Assembly (NCBI GenBank): GCA_012026655.1
Contig: JAAILG010000241.1
Coordinates: 62,001 to 120,651, forward strand
Source: Hydrolagus affinis
Lineage: Eukaryota
Direction of reading: 5' to 3'
Length of the DNA stretch: 58,651 nt
The notes beneath the pieces were generated by a model, which worked only from the letters and a program-made list of their open reading frames with translations, did no database searches and was not told where the DNA came from. Both the position numbers and the translations under genes were made by a program. Below are positions 39,590 through 51,165 of this stretch, piece by piece. Position 1 is the first letter of the stretch. Each line of letters opens with the position of its first letter.

Positions 39590-40125
39590 AGGCCGTTCGG
39601 ATACAAAAGTGAGGAGAGATTGTTGAATTTATACAAAACGTTGATTAGACCACATTTGGAGTATTGCATCCATTTCTGGTCTCCACACTATAAGAAGGAT
39701 ATAGCAGCAATGGAAAAGTACAAAGTAGGTTTACGAGGATGATATCAGGGCTGGCAGTTTACTGCTGTAAGGATAGACTCTTTTTGCTAGAGAAGAAACA
39801 TTTGAGGATGGACCTAATAAAAGTGTTTGGAATTACAAAAGGGTTCAATAAGGCAGAAATTGAGAGTCCGTATTCAGGGGACACAAATAAAAGAAATTTA
39901 GGAGGAACTACTTTATGCAGAATGTAGTGAGATTGTGGAACTTGTTGCCTGAAGCGGTGGTTTATTCATTTAGAATAGATACATTCAAGAAGAAGCTAGA
40001 CTTTCACATGAGAGAGGGGAATAGAAGGGTAAGTGAAGGAGTAAGGAATGGATGACGTACAAACACAGGCATGTACTGCTTGGCCCAGTGGCCTATTTCC
40101 ATGCTGTACATTCTTTGTAATCTTT
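39590..40125 (+). mobile_element. CR1 LINE 3' fragment
   Basis: YKSEERLLNLYKTLIRPHLEYCIHFWSPHYKKDIAAME, LRMDLIKVFGITKG and the CR1 3' end ggcccagtggcctatttccatgctgtacattctttgtaa. Confidence 0.92.
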
Positions 40126-42227
40126 GGATCACACAGATCCAGAACCATGTCAATAATAAAGGTAACTTATTTTACTTGAAAGAATAACTTTTCAGCCTCA
40201 GGTGTGTCCTTCAGTGTGGAGCATTCACCGATTCTTACTCTAGCAGCATTATTGTATAAAATTTTCTTTATCTCAATGAACTTTTTGTAGACTCTGTGTT
40301 GCAATCGTTTGTTCTTGGAGATAGTGCTCAGCTACAGCATAATGTTTTTCCAGGCCTCTTTCCTTCTGTGTGGATGTGAAGAATGCATTCCAGTTCCAAA
40401 CCGCTATGGACTTCCTGTCCTTCATGTCTTGCACTGTGTCTGGTTTACTTCAACTGCAGGTGTTCCTGATCAGCAGTGATGGGGCATTTAATATGTGCAA
40501 TTTTAGGTGTTAAGTGTCTCATTTATGGCCTGTTCTTGGAAATATCTTTGATAATCGTTATGGTATGGTGATTTAGGATTTTCTTTAGTTCACCAAGATC
40601 CAGAAATTCACTGACATTGTGTGTGTAATTCCATGGGTACAATATAATTAATGTAACATCCGATAGATTGAAACACTCAGCGTTACATGTAGGCAGACAC
40701 CACTGAAGTCTATGTAGAGTAGCGTTCTGACTGGCAGTCTTGATATCAGCCATAAAATCATTAAAATAAAGTAATATTTGGGGGAAAAAAACAAAATTAA
40801 ATTTTAAATTTGTTGCATTTACCTTGCTTTTGTTCATTATTTTAACACCTGGAGAGATACCTAGGAATCTAATGTGATGAAATTCCGGCTCCATCCCTGC
40901 TCCCACAGGATTCCAACGGGAAGCCAACACAGCAAGAGATGCTGCAAATTTCTCCACTGTTGAGAAAAAACTAAATTGAAAATCAATGCACTGAAGCAAT
41001 TTATGACTGGGTTATAAGCAGCTTCTAAGATTACATTTTCCTAACTATTAACATAGTTATCATTAATGGGCCTGTGAAATAAAATAAAACACTTGAATAT
41101 ATGGCTTATAAAGGATTCTATGCCACAGCAGAAATAAATATACGGTATTGTACTGTGGTTCTTTTTTTTGTAATTAATTACACTATTGAAGATCCAAATA
41201 AACTTTACCTGCAATAAGAATAATTTTCAGTTGGGTCTGTTTGGATTTTTGTAACTGAGGATGATTTGTATGCATTACAAGTGGTGTTCACTTTGATAGA
41301 AAAGTCTCTTCAGCCTATTTGATCTCAATCTTCAAAAAAAAATCACCTGACTACCTTCCTATCGTAGCGTCAAGCTGTTTTATTAAACAAGTCCAGAATT
41401 TTGTCTGAACCATCTGACAACTGATTAAGATAGTGATTACCCTGCATGTACCACAATCCTAATCCCATTTCCACCTGGTATATCTGGAAGTATTAATCCA
41501 TGTATACTTTATTCTGTTAAACATTTGATATGCCTCCCTGAGATCCTCTCTTAGTTGTCTCATTGGAATCTATTCTTCATAAGGCAACAGCTCTCTATAT
41601 CTCCTCTGTGTCTGCAATAGGACCTGGATGACACCTTATATTGTAATATCCAGGCCGGTATGCATTACTGCAGGTGTGCATTTCAGCATGAATTCTAAAC
41701 TGGTTTCAACAGATGTGGCAAAACCATGATCAATCCAGTTTAAATTGACACCAAGCAAAGGTTTAGGCAGATGGTGAAGAAAATTGAGAGGATGGCCAGG
41801 CTGGACAGTTTCTGCTGCCTCCTGGTGGTTATTGACAGTGTGAACCCACTCAACTTCAGCTGACAAATGAGATTGAAATCCCATACAAAATAGCCTATAA
41901 ATCAATGCGGCATTGCTCACTAACTTCAAAACATTTTTGTACCCAATAAACTATTCTTGACCAAAAATGTACCCAATAAGGCTGATGCTCTGTCCCAGTA
42001 TCTCAGGAGACCTTACACATGCTTTTAGCTAGAGGTTGATTTTAACTATTTTCATACACTATTGAGTCACATCCATGGAAAGTTTCATGTCTCTACTTGG
42101 TAGATTATTTCTCTGCATCTAAACCTTGCATGATGAATATCCAGATGCGTTAAAAGTAATTTGGGGTAACTTCAGAATGTTGTAACTTTTACATGTGGAT
42201 ACTGTTTGCGTATTGGAGTGGATATAA

Positions 42228-42315
42228 GAATAATCATCCTTGCATTTGATATGGTGCCTTATCGTGTCTCCAGGATATCTCAAAGCTCTTCACAGAATTT
42301 ACTATACAGTGAATT
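42228..42315 (-). mobile_element. SINE 3' tail
   Basis: aataatcatccttgcatttgatatggtgccttatcg...ctcaaagctcttcacaga. Confidence 0.82.
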
Positions 42316-44699
42316 TATAAATAAATAAAATTAGCATATTTAGATTATAACCTTAAAAAAGTCAATCTGAAAGAAAGCGCATGAGCTGAAGAAACTTAAG
42401 CACTGTTGTCAATTATTTCTTCTATATTAATCAATCTACAATATCAAAGCAAAGATAGAAATAAATCTTCCACAATTGAAGTTCTACAGAAGCTGGGTAA
42501 AAGTATTTTTTTGTAGGTCATGTAAGGCTAAGAAAGGGAATATTTGATTATCACAGGTAGTAAATGCATTCCATGTGGAGCATAAAATGTAAATGGCACT
42601 GGAGAGCGAGATCCGAATGAGAGCGGTTATTTTTATCCATTTAATTCTCTTCATCCGTCTTCCTCTGTGCTTCTTTTTCCAGATCACCCACAATATCACA
42701 CCACTCCATCATATCTATTTCAGGGATTTCTGTGGCCTAGTTTCTATTTGCCATAAACCCGGGGGTCAGAAATTCGTTCTGATTCTGGATTAAAGACTGT
42801 TCTCTCCATATAACAAAGATTTTATGAAATTCCTAAATTCAGAGTTTATTTTGAAGCTAGTGTTCTGCAGGTCTTTTAAGAGCTACAGAGACTGGCTGTT
42901 AAAATTAACAACAGTTTACATTTGGATCATGCCGTTCACATCAGGAGGTTTCTTGAAGCACTGGACATGCGTGATTGGTAGCCCAGCTGGTAGTGATGGG
43001 AAGAGGAGGAAGGATAGAGTGGGCTGAAAACACATTTTAAAAAGGCAGGGTTAATATTAAGGATTTTGGATGCGGGGAGAGGGGATAAGCAGAGTGGGAA
43101 CAAAAATGGCAGACCATTCTCCCACCAACAGTGGGACAAATTAGGCAGGAGTCACAATTTAAGTACTTACTAATAGAAAGTCCGGGTAGTAGAATCACAG
43201 ATGGTTGGAGAGATAGGAAATCAAAACTTAATTGAAGAACTTGTCAACAAAGGCTTAAGAATATCGTTTAATACTAGAACTAATCTAGGTGGAATTTATA
43301 GCTTGAGCTAGTTTGCCTAGGCCCTCTTTCTCACTTTGTTTCTCAGCCATGTAAATAATATTTTTTCATATGTTTTCTTTCCCTTCAGTCTTAGATCATA
43401 GCTGTTAGCATTGGATAAGTCTCCAGTGAGAAATGCTAGATGTGAGCAAGCTGCAAAAAACATAACCATGCACAAGAACAACAAGTGGTTTACAAGTTGC
43501 AGGAGACACCCTTTCTTTTGTTTCATTCACATCTGCTATTATGCTTTATCAGAATAATTTGCTCAAAGTCACCTATTTTCTATTCGGTAACTATTTTAAC
43601 CAGTTATCTTAACTGCTGGAAAAATGAATTGAGAAGACACTGGTTTAATCTACCTAGGTCTCCTAGGCTGCGTGTGTGTTTGTGGACAATTCTGCCTCTC
43701 ACTTTATCTTTATTACTGTACGAAAGTTCTTGTTTCTGTATTATTTTTTCTTCCCACAAAAAAGAACTTGGATCAGAAATTCAGCAAGTGGGAATCAGGG
43801 CAAGGTGCTTTTTGTACCTTTGGGTGGTATAGTGTACCTCCAGTGCAATGGCTGGTGCCAATGCAACACCTACTTCAATACACAAGGTAACTCTCGTGAT
43901 AAATGGAATGGATAAACGGTTAAACGAACGTTATCAATTTTTACATTTGTATTTATGCTAAGAAACTTGCTATTAGAATAAAATAATGCATTGCTGCTCT
44001 GCTGTATCTAAGGAACCGGGAGTGAATATGGAAAAACAAATCGCTAAAAGTTCATTCCTTATTGAATCACCACTGAAATTGATGACAATCCAGATTGCAC
44101 TTTCTGAACTTGTGAAAGTCAAAACTCATCTCAAATTGAAAAAATTGTAACCTAGCCTGAAGAATTAGGCATATAATTTACTTTATAACGTGCTTTATAA
44201 TGTGCTGATAAACTTTGACTACTTTAATAAGGTTTGCTATGTTTGAAATCCATTTCACTGTATTCATTGGTGTCTCATGTTGTATTAAGTTACTTTTCTG
44301 CAGTTTTGATCCCAAACAGTATATAGAACTGCTTCCTATAAAAGTGAGCCCCACTTACTACTGCTCATATTTTCAGTTGTCTTTAGTTGATGTTTCTTCT
44401 TAATCTTTATTTTCTATGGGAGTCACTTCTCAACAAACATTTTTCCTTTGACTTAAAAGGGTTTGATCTTGACTGGTTCAATTCTGCTGTGTGATCAGAC
44501 TGTAGAAAGGATATTTCTGTTACAGTGGTCCAACTAAGGGGTTGAAACATGTTTGTTCTCAAATTGACGGATTCCCTGGATTAATTAGTTTGCAGTAATT
44601 AGTAGGGGGGTTATAAATTTCATGGGTGTCAATCACAAACTCCAAGGCCAATGCCTATATCTAATTAGTTTCTTAAGTGTTACAGAATTCCACATTTAT

Positions 44700-44872
44700 A
44701 GTCCTAATCCCTATTTAGTGATCCTGGCTGGAAAATGTGAATGTGCAGCTGTCAGGTGAAGACAAGTGAGGTTCAGCTGTGATGTACCACTCTATCGAAT
44801 TGCTTGCCAAAACTCATTGGCTGGGTTGACACATGAAGAATGCACTAGTGGACGAGGTCCAGGAGAACTGCA
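44700..44872 (+). mobile_element. Old SINE body relic (second family)
   Basis: ggctggaaaatgtg..caggtgaagacaag..agctgtgatg..cacatgaagaatg; a similar word occurs at 52433-52463. Confidence 0.45.
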
Positions 44873-45419
44873 GAAATTCTAAGAAACATACCCCAGGATG
44901 AGTCAAGTCTTTGAGCGAAGGCAACAATATCAGTGTGAAAGAAGACGATTGAGCACCAGAGAGAGAATGCAAAACGAGGATACAGCAATGGAGTGTTAGC
45001 AATATGGCTGCTATACAGATATTTCATGCTTGGGACATTACATGGGCGAATGAAACCTAAAGGAGTTATGTTTTTTCCAATAGAACTCACTGCTTGTGTC
45101 CAATAGAAAACCCTATTGTTTAGATTGAAATATTCACGACCTGAATTAGCAAATCGGGAGGTTGATGGATCACCAGAAGTTCACCACAGGGAGCTCTGCT
45201 GTAATCTATTTCTGCAGCAGATTTCCCAGTGGTCAGTGTAACATATTGTTCTTTTGCTTTGACGAGGAATCCTTGCTTTAATTTCATATCTGAATCAAGT
45301 CTCTTCCTGATCTTGGACTGCTCTGTTGAGTTTTAGTGGCGCCAGGTGTATTAAACTGGCATGTTATTCAGATGTCTTGACCCATAAAGAAAGACTCCTA
45401 ATATTCCTATTTCACAAAT

Positions 45420-45610
45420 ACCTATTTTGCTTTTAATGTCTCAATCAATTCTGCATCCACAGCCTTCTGGGTGACAGATATTCCACATTGCCACATCCTC
45501 TTCTTTGATTTCACCAGCTCTAATTTTAAGACTGCTGCTGTTTTGTTTTGAATCCCTCCATCAAGTCTGTCAATTTCCTTGATTATTTTAAATGCCTCAA
45601 TCAGTTCCAT
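45420..45610 (-). mobile_element. CR1 LINE fragment
   Basis: Minus ORF ELIEAFKIIKEIDRLD...QKAVDAELIETLKAK is CR1 C-terminal-like. Confidence 0.75.
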
Positions 45611-45883
45611 TGGTTTAGATTTTCTTATACCACTTACAATCTGCTAATGTATTTGAAGCATTTCAACAAACCGTTTCTTTTGTAATGGTTTTACTTAAAA
45701 CGTGACTATTATAGTTGACAGGCACAATATTAATCTGATTACTGGTGATTTTATTACTTATAATGCCCGTAATGTGTAGTGAAATGTATAATTTTGATGA
45801 ATGAATCTATCAGGCCTGAAGACTTGTCCTGTTGTGTATCTCCCTCCATGCCACCAAGTGTGGCAAAGCCTTCAGCTGCTATA

Positions 45884-46184
45884 CAGTAAAACATTGATAA
45901 TCCTGCATCTCCCGGATTTCTGAATTTGCCAGTATTTATAAACCTTCCTGGAAATGGCTGGGGAAGCCCTGGCCCATAAACACAGCACTGAAGGGAAGAA
46001 ACACCCGAGCTCCAACCATAGAGCCGGATGACAGAGTGGCCACACCAGGAACTACAAGCAGCTGTTCCGAACTTTGGGAGATTTGCTGGACATCGGAAAA
46101 AAATAATACTGTATGTATTTTGAAATCTTGCCAGTTTTAGGGAGTTGCTGGCTTTCGGAATGTCGGATTATCAAGGTTTTACTG
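45884..46184. mobile_element. Tigger-like MITE (301 bp) nested in an L2 relic (about 45845-46292)
   Basis: TA|cagtaaaacattgataatcctgcat ... atgtcggattatcaaggttttactg|TA. The flanks join to L2-like GKAFSCY..WN.P and a tail at 46265-46292. Confidence 0.85.
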
Positions 46185-46844
46185 TACCTTGGAACTTCCC
46201 CCCTTACCATCCTATCTTGCCTCTGCAAACATGCCTCAAACATTATCCTTCCCTCTGCTTATTTGAAAAGTGCTGTAAGAATGCAAGTTGTTTTTATAAA
46301 GTATGCTTTAATTATTTGAGGCATTTCTTTGTCTTCTATTATAGATGTTTGGCCATCACACTAAAAATCCCTTGAGTGGGGGTTTGTTTGAAACAGGTTG
46401 TGATTTGAATGTGAAATATGAGTTACTTTGATAGGTGGTACCAGAGCTACTGAAAATATTTGCTGCAATAAATAAGCATTGATTCAAAAAGGTACTAGTA
46501 TTAATAGAAAGTAAATTTTACATTTCACTTCACATTAGACACTATAAATAATGGTAGTGCAATTAATCAATGTAATATTGTGCCAGTCAGCTATTTCTCA
46601 TCTTACTCAGCTAGGTGTTGTTGAGAGAAGGTGCAAAATAAGTTTGTGCTGACATATTTTTCCTTTCCTAGTCAACAAGAGAGATGTTCTCTTTTTTGTT
46701 GCAAATCAGCAGCTCTTCCATTTCCTATCTGTTTAACACCAAATGAAGCCTTGATCCAAGTAGTGTGCCTAATCCTTTCTTCCATCTCGTGGAAATTAAC
46801 AGTCACGTTCTGATAGCCAACAAAAAAAATCTCCTTTCTTGTTC

Positions 46845-47145
46845 ATAATAATAATCACATTTTTTGCAATGATTTCATAACTTGAAAATGAAAAATGATA
46901 GATAGAGGGCATTTCCATTTCTGCGAATGTTTGTGGGACACCGTTGTGCGCAATTTGGCTGCTGCGTTTCTCCCACAAATATACAGTCAATTTTCCTACT
47001 TTCCTTCCCCCACCACGACCCCTCCCCCCGTGCTCTGGTCCCTACCTTAGGACGTTGTTGTATTCTGTGAAGCGCTTTGAGATGTCGATAAGACGTGGAA
47101 AGCGCTATATAAATGTAAGGATTATTATTATTATTTTGTTATTAT
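46845..47145 (+). mobile_element. SINE 3' half interrupted by about 70 bp of L2 3' sequence (about 46990-47057)
   Basis: SINE core gtttgtgggacaccgttgtgcgcaatttggctgc; the insert ccccccgtgctctggtccctaccttaggacgttg resembles 37570-37622; the tail then resumes. Confidence 0.8.
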
Positions 47146-47667
47146 AAAAAGTGAAATTCAGTATGATAAAGAAACAGCTATGTCAGCCATATGTAACCCA
47201 TTGAAACGAGATGAGTCTTGTAACCCTGTACCTGTGATAATATAGGAGTGCAGTTTTTCTCCACTCAATAGCGTTTTATTCAAATGAGACTCTTAAATTC
47301 AATGAGGAAATCAGCAGAATAGAACTAATACGTCTAGCTTTGATATGGAAACCTATTGCATCTTCTGCTTGCTGAATAAGATCCACTTAGTGTCTACTCC
47401 ATTGTGTTTCACTGAAGTTATATAGAAAAAATATGAGAAGATTATAGAAGCTAGTCATGCCTCATATACATTTTCCAAGTCTGATGCTGCATATTGAGAA
47501 TTCTTATTCCATAGACTTTTTTCGATCTGGTGAAAACCAATCAAAGAATCGGAGATGAACAAATATGTACATGTCAATTTATTTATTATTGTCATTGTAA
47601 CAGGGATTTGGACAATCAAGTTTTGATAATAAGAGTAAGTAAATTTGAATATCAGTTAAGACTGGAC

Positions 47668-48014
47668 AATAATAATCCTTGCATTTGCTATAGCACTTTT
47701 CACGTCTTCTAGATGTTTCAAAGCTCATCACAGGATATATCGTAAAGTGAATTGATTATATATTTGTGGGCGAAATGCAGCAGGTAATTGTGCACAGCAG
47801 ACAGTCAAAGATTTAGTGCCCAAATTTTTTTTTTTTTAAGGATTATTATCCCCAGAAAAGCAAACCACCAATCGACTAACAACCGGATTCGTACTAACTG
47901 CCAGGGAAACAGATGCATGTGGAGTAAGGGAACTTGCCCAACATTTTGCCCTGCAGGGAATAGAACCCAGGTCTCTCGCTTGCGAGACGAGTGCTCTAAC
48001 CACTGGCTACAGGA
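47668..48014 (-). mobile_element. Near full-length tRNA-derived SINE, long variant
   Basis: Tail, core, body (caatcgactaacaaccgg) and head (cgagtgctctaaccactggctacagg). Confidence 0.92.
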
Positions 48015-48264
48015 CAACTATCTGGTACCATGCTAGGTGATGGAAGACATAATCCCTGAATTCAGCAGAGAAGAGGATGCAACTAAGTTTATTTGATTCA
48101 ATGGAAATGAACCAAATTTAACCTCTACCTGGCTTAGAGTTTAATAGCTCAGCTTTTTAAAAAATAAAAAATAAGCAAAAGCAGCCAAGTGGGATCAGAG
48201 ATAAATTTTCTATTGTACACAACCTACTTGAATTCAATCTTTTCCTCTCCTACACAATCCTCCA

Positions 48265-48668
48265 TGAGACCATCACTCCCTTCTTTGCTTGGCTTCACTG
48301 AGTCACCATCCCCCAACAGATTAAAATCACATCCTTCCACAGACTCACCCCACTCTACCTCTGCAACCTCCTGCAATCATCCATCTTGGCTTGATGCCCG
48401 CCCATTCATTATTAGAGGGCCACCTTTCATCCTTTCTCTTCCCTCTCTCTCTCTCTCTCTGAAACTCCATCTCATAGTCTCTCCACCTTGCCGCTTTGCT
48501 CTCCATTTTTAAAGTCTGCCTTAAGATGTGTCATTTTGACGATGCTCTTTTGCTACCTTACCCCTCTCTTTCCCCCCTCCTGCACCAACTCAGGTGCCCA
48601 GTTAGCTGTGTAAAGCACTTAGAGACATCCCCCAACATGAAAGTCTCTACATAAATGTGAGTTGTTGT
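48265..48668 (+). mobile_element. Degenerate L2 3' fragment
   Basis: C-rich ccatcactccc..gcttcactg..ctacctctgcaacctcctg, with tail tacataaatgtgagttgttg. Confidence 0.7.
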
Positions 48669-50954
48669 GTTATGTAAATGTAAATTGTTGTTGTTTTGAA
48701 TGTCTCGGGCATCGGGTGCCGCTATGATGCAAAGAATTATGATAAAATAATCAAAATGCTTTATCGCAATGGACAAAGTACTCTCCATGATCAGAATCCT
48801 GATTTATGTAATTGTGTCTGCAATGTGCTTCACGTGTTGCAAAGATTAAAATTATATTCAGGATGGAAAGCATCATCATTAAGTTTCATTATACAAATGT
48901 GCCTTGGGGAAATATTAATTCTTGAAATTTGAATCAGATAATGTGATCTGGGACAGCATAATTCATGAGAAATATATTTTATAATTCAACACCCCTTTAC
49001 TAGCTCTTTAAAACTGTTTATTTTGTCTTATCTCAGATTTACCAGATGTTTAAATGGAAATTAAATAATTGAAAAACTAACCCGATTGCTTCATTGAAAA
49101 ACTACCTTTTCCAGTGTGTAACAAGACATAAATAGCTCCTTTACTACTTTTTAGTATTGAATTATTTCTATAGTAGTAATGACATGGACGATATCGTTCT
49201 GAGGTTTCAGATTCAAATCTATCTCTCCATCCATGGAAACTTCATAACACTTTCTACTCATCTGAACACTGACTTCAGATGAGTAGAAAGAACCAGTCTA
49301 CAAATTAATTGGTGAGACATTCATGTCTTCAGAATGCTCTTCATCACAGAAACTGCTAGACATTACAGTCGAACACACTTGACTCTGGACTGCTCTTGTT
49401 TGTCTTGTGGGTATATACAGTAAGCACGGCAGCACATAATATCTGAATGGATATCCCAGAAATTTTCAGTCAATTATAGGGAAAGTGACAGCAATGTTGA
49501 TAATTCCCGCCTCCCCCCCAATCACCACCCTCCCCCACTCAGGGTTTAGAGGATTTGCAACACAAGGGTTGTTGGTTTTAAACATTTCTAAAATGGCTCC
49601 CGAAAAAGAAACATTCCATTTGGAAGTATTTGAAGAATTTTTAAAAAACATTATATATACAATATACAGTATATATATTCAGTATTCAAATAGTTCCCAG
49701 CAAAGCATGTTGAGATTGCTGATCTTCATAGACGTAATGAACACTTGAAGAGACTGTAATAATCATAAATAGAGCTATACATAAGAACACCGGACGCTGT
49801 GAAGTGATTGATGAGACAGTAATCTTACTGAGAAGCTCTATTGACGTAATAAGTTACAAGGGGGAAGCTTAAGTGAATGGTAGCTGCCATCCAAATTGGA
49901 TTAAAGTCTTGAAATTGTTCTCTGGATGGGTTATTTATCATAGATACTGATTTAGTTTTTAATGCAAGGCTTATTCCATTCACAGTCTGGATTTGTGTTA
50001 ACAGTAGTGGCCAGTGCTGACAGCGCTGTCAGCACTCTATGTCATTATGTAATGATGACACTTGCATGGAGCATTAGTTTGGAAGCTATGACTGCACCAA
50101 GAAATAAAATGGTGCATGACCGAGAATTTCACTCCATACATTACAATGATAAATTTGGAAGAGTGAATAACTCGCCCAGAATTTCCCTATTAAAGTATTT
50201 TAGTGAAGTCAATGTTTGGAAAGTTTTCAAAAAAGCAGCCCGGCTTTTTGTGGAAAGAAAGTACTGTACACTCAGGCTTGCAAATGTCAGTGTAATCTGA
50301 CATTTATTTACAGCTTTAATTTTGTTAAGCTAGCACTTCATGACATTTACTTTTGAGACATTTTAGTAAATGTTGTTAGTTAGGAACACATTGGCTGACG
50401 CAACAATTAAATGACCATTTTCTGATTAGATTGGCCTAAATTAATCGGATGACCTTATGTCCTTTGACATTTTGCAGTCATCAGAAATGTTTTGGTGAAA
50501 GTTTCTCGAGCGTGTAAAGCTGATTTTTATCTGTTTTCAAATGGAGCTTGTGCTTTTCATCCACATGTGGTCCACATTTTCTTCAATGTCATCAGAGATT
50601 TTATGTGCCGATTTTAGAGTCATATTGATTACATGCTGAGTAGAAAGATAAGAATGGATCATGTTGACACTATTTAACCTCAATATCGTAATTTCTTTGA
50701 TATTTTTGCAAATATGACTGCAAAATCCATCAAGTGAAATCTGTGATGTTCTTGGGCCAGATCCTTTTTTTTACATTATTACGGTGTTAATTCACTCTAA
50801 TTTGCTGGCAACCCAGATAATAAGAATCTACAGGAAACTGACATCATAATGAGGGACATTGAAAAATTTATTTTAACTCAGGATTCTCTCAGTCTTTATT
50901 GTTGTTCCTGCAACTCGGCACAACTGGAAAGTCAACATGGAATAAAGCTAAACC

Positions 50955-51165
50955 CAAAATACTGCAGATGCTGGAAATCTGAAACAAAAACAGAAATCTC
51001 TGGGAACATTCAGTATGTCAGGCAGCATCTGTGGAGAAAGGAAAATGAGCCAATGTTTCGGGGAAGGATCAATGAAGTGTTGTGGATCCGAAACGTTGAC
51101 TCACTTTCCTTTCTCCATAATGCTACCTGACCTGTTGAGTGTTCCCAGAGACTTCTATTTTTGTT
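50955..51165. mobile_element. Penelope-associated palindromic repeat (arms 50983-51061 and 51088-51165)
   Basis: About 78-bp inverted arms and a 26-nt loop. aaaatactgcagatgctggaaatctgaaa start and cgaaacgtt motif match a recalled abundant chondrichthyan repeat. Confidence 0.8.

Noticed and set aside
40523-40999. 158-aa minus ORF
   Set aside because: No recognisable homology; it spans low-complexity A/T tracts.
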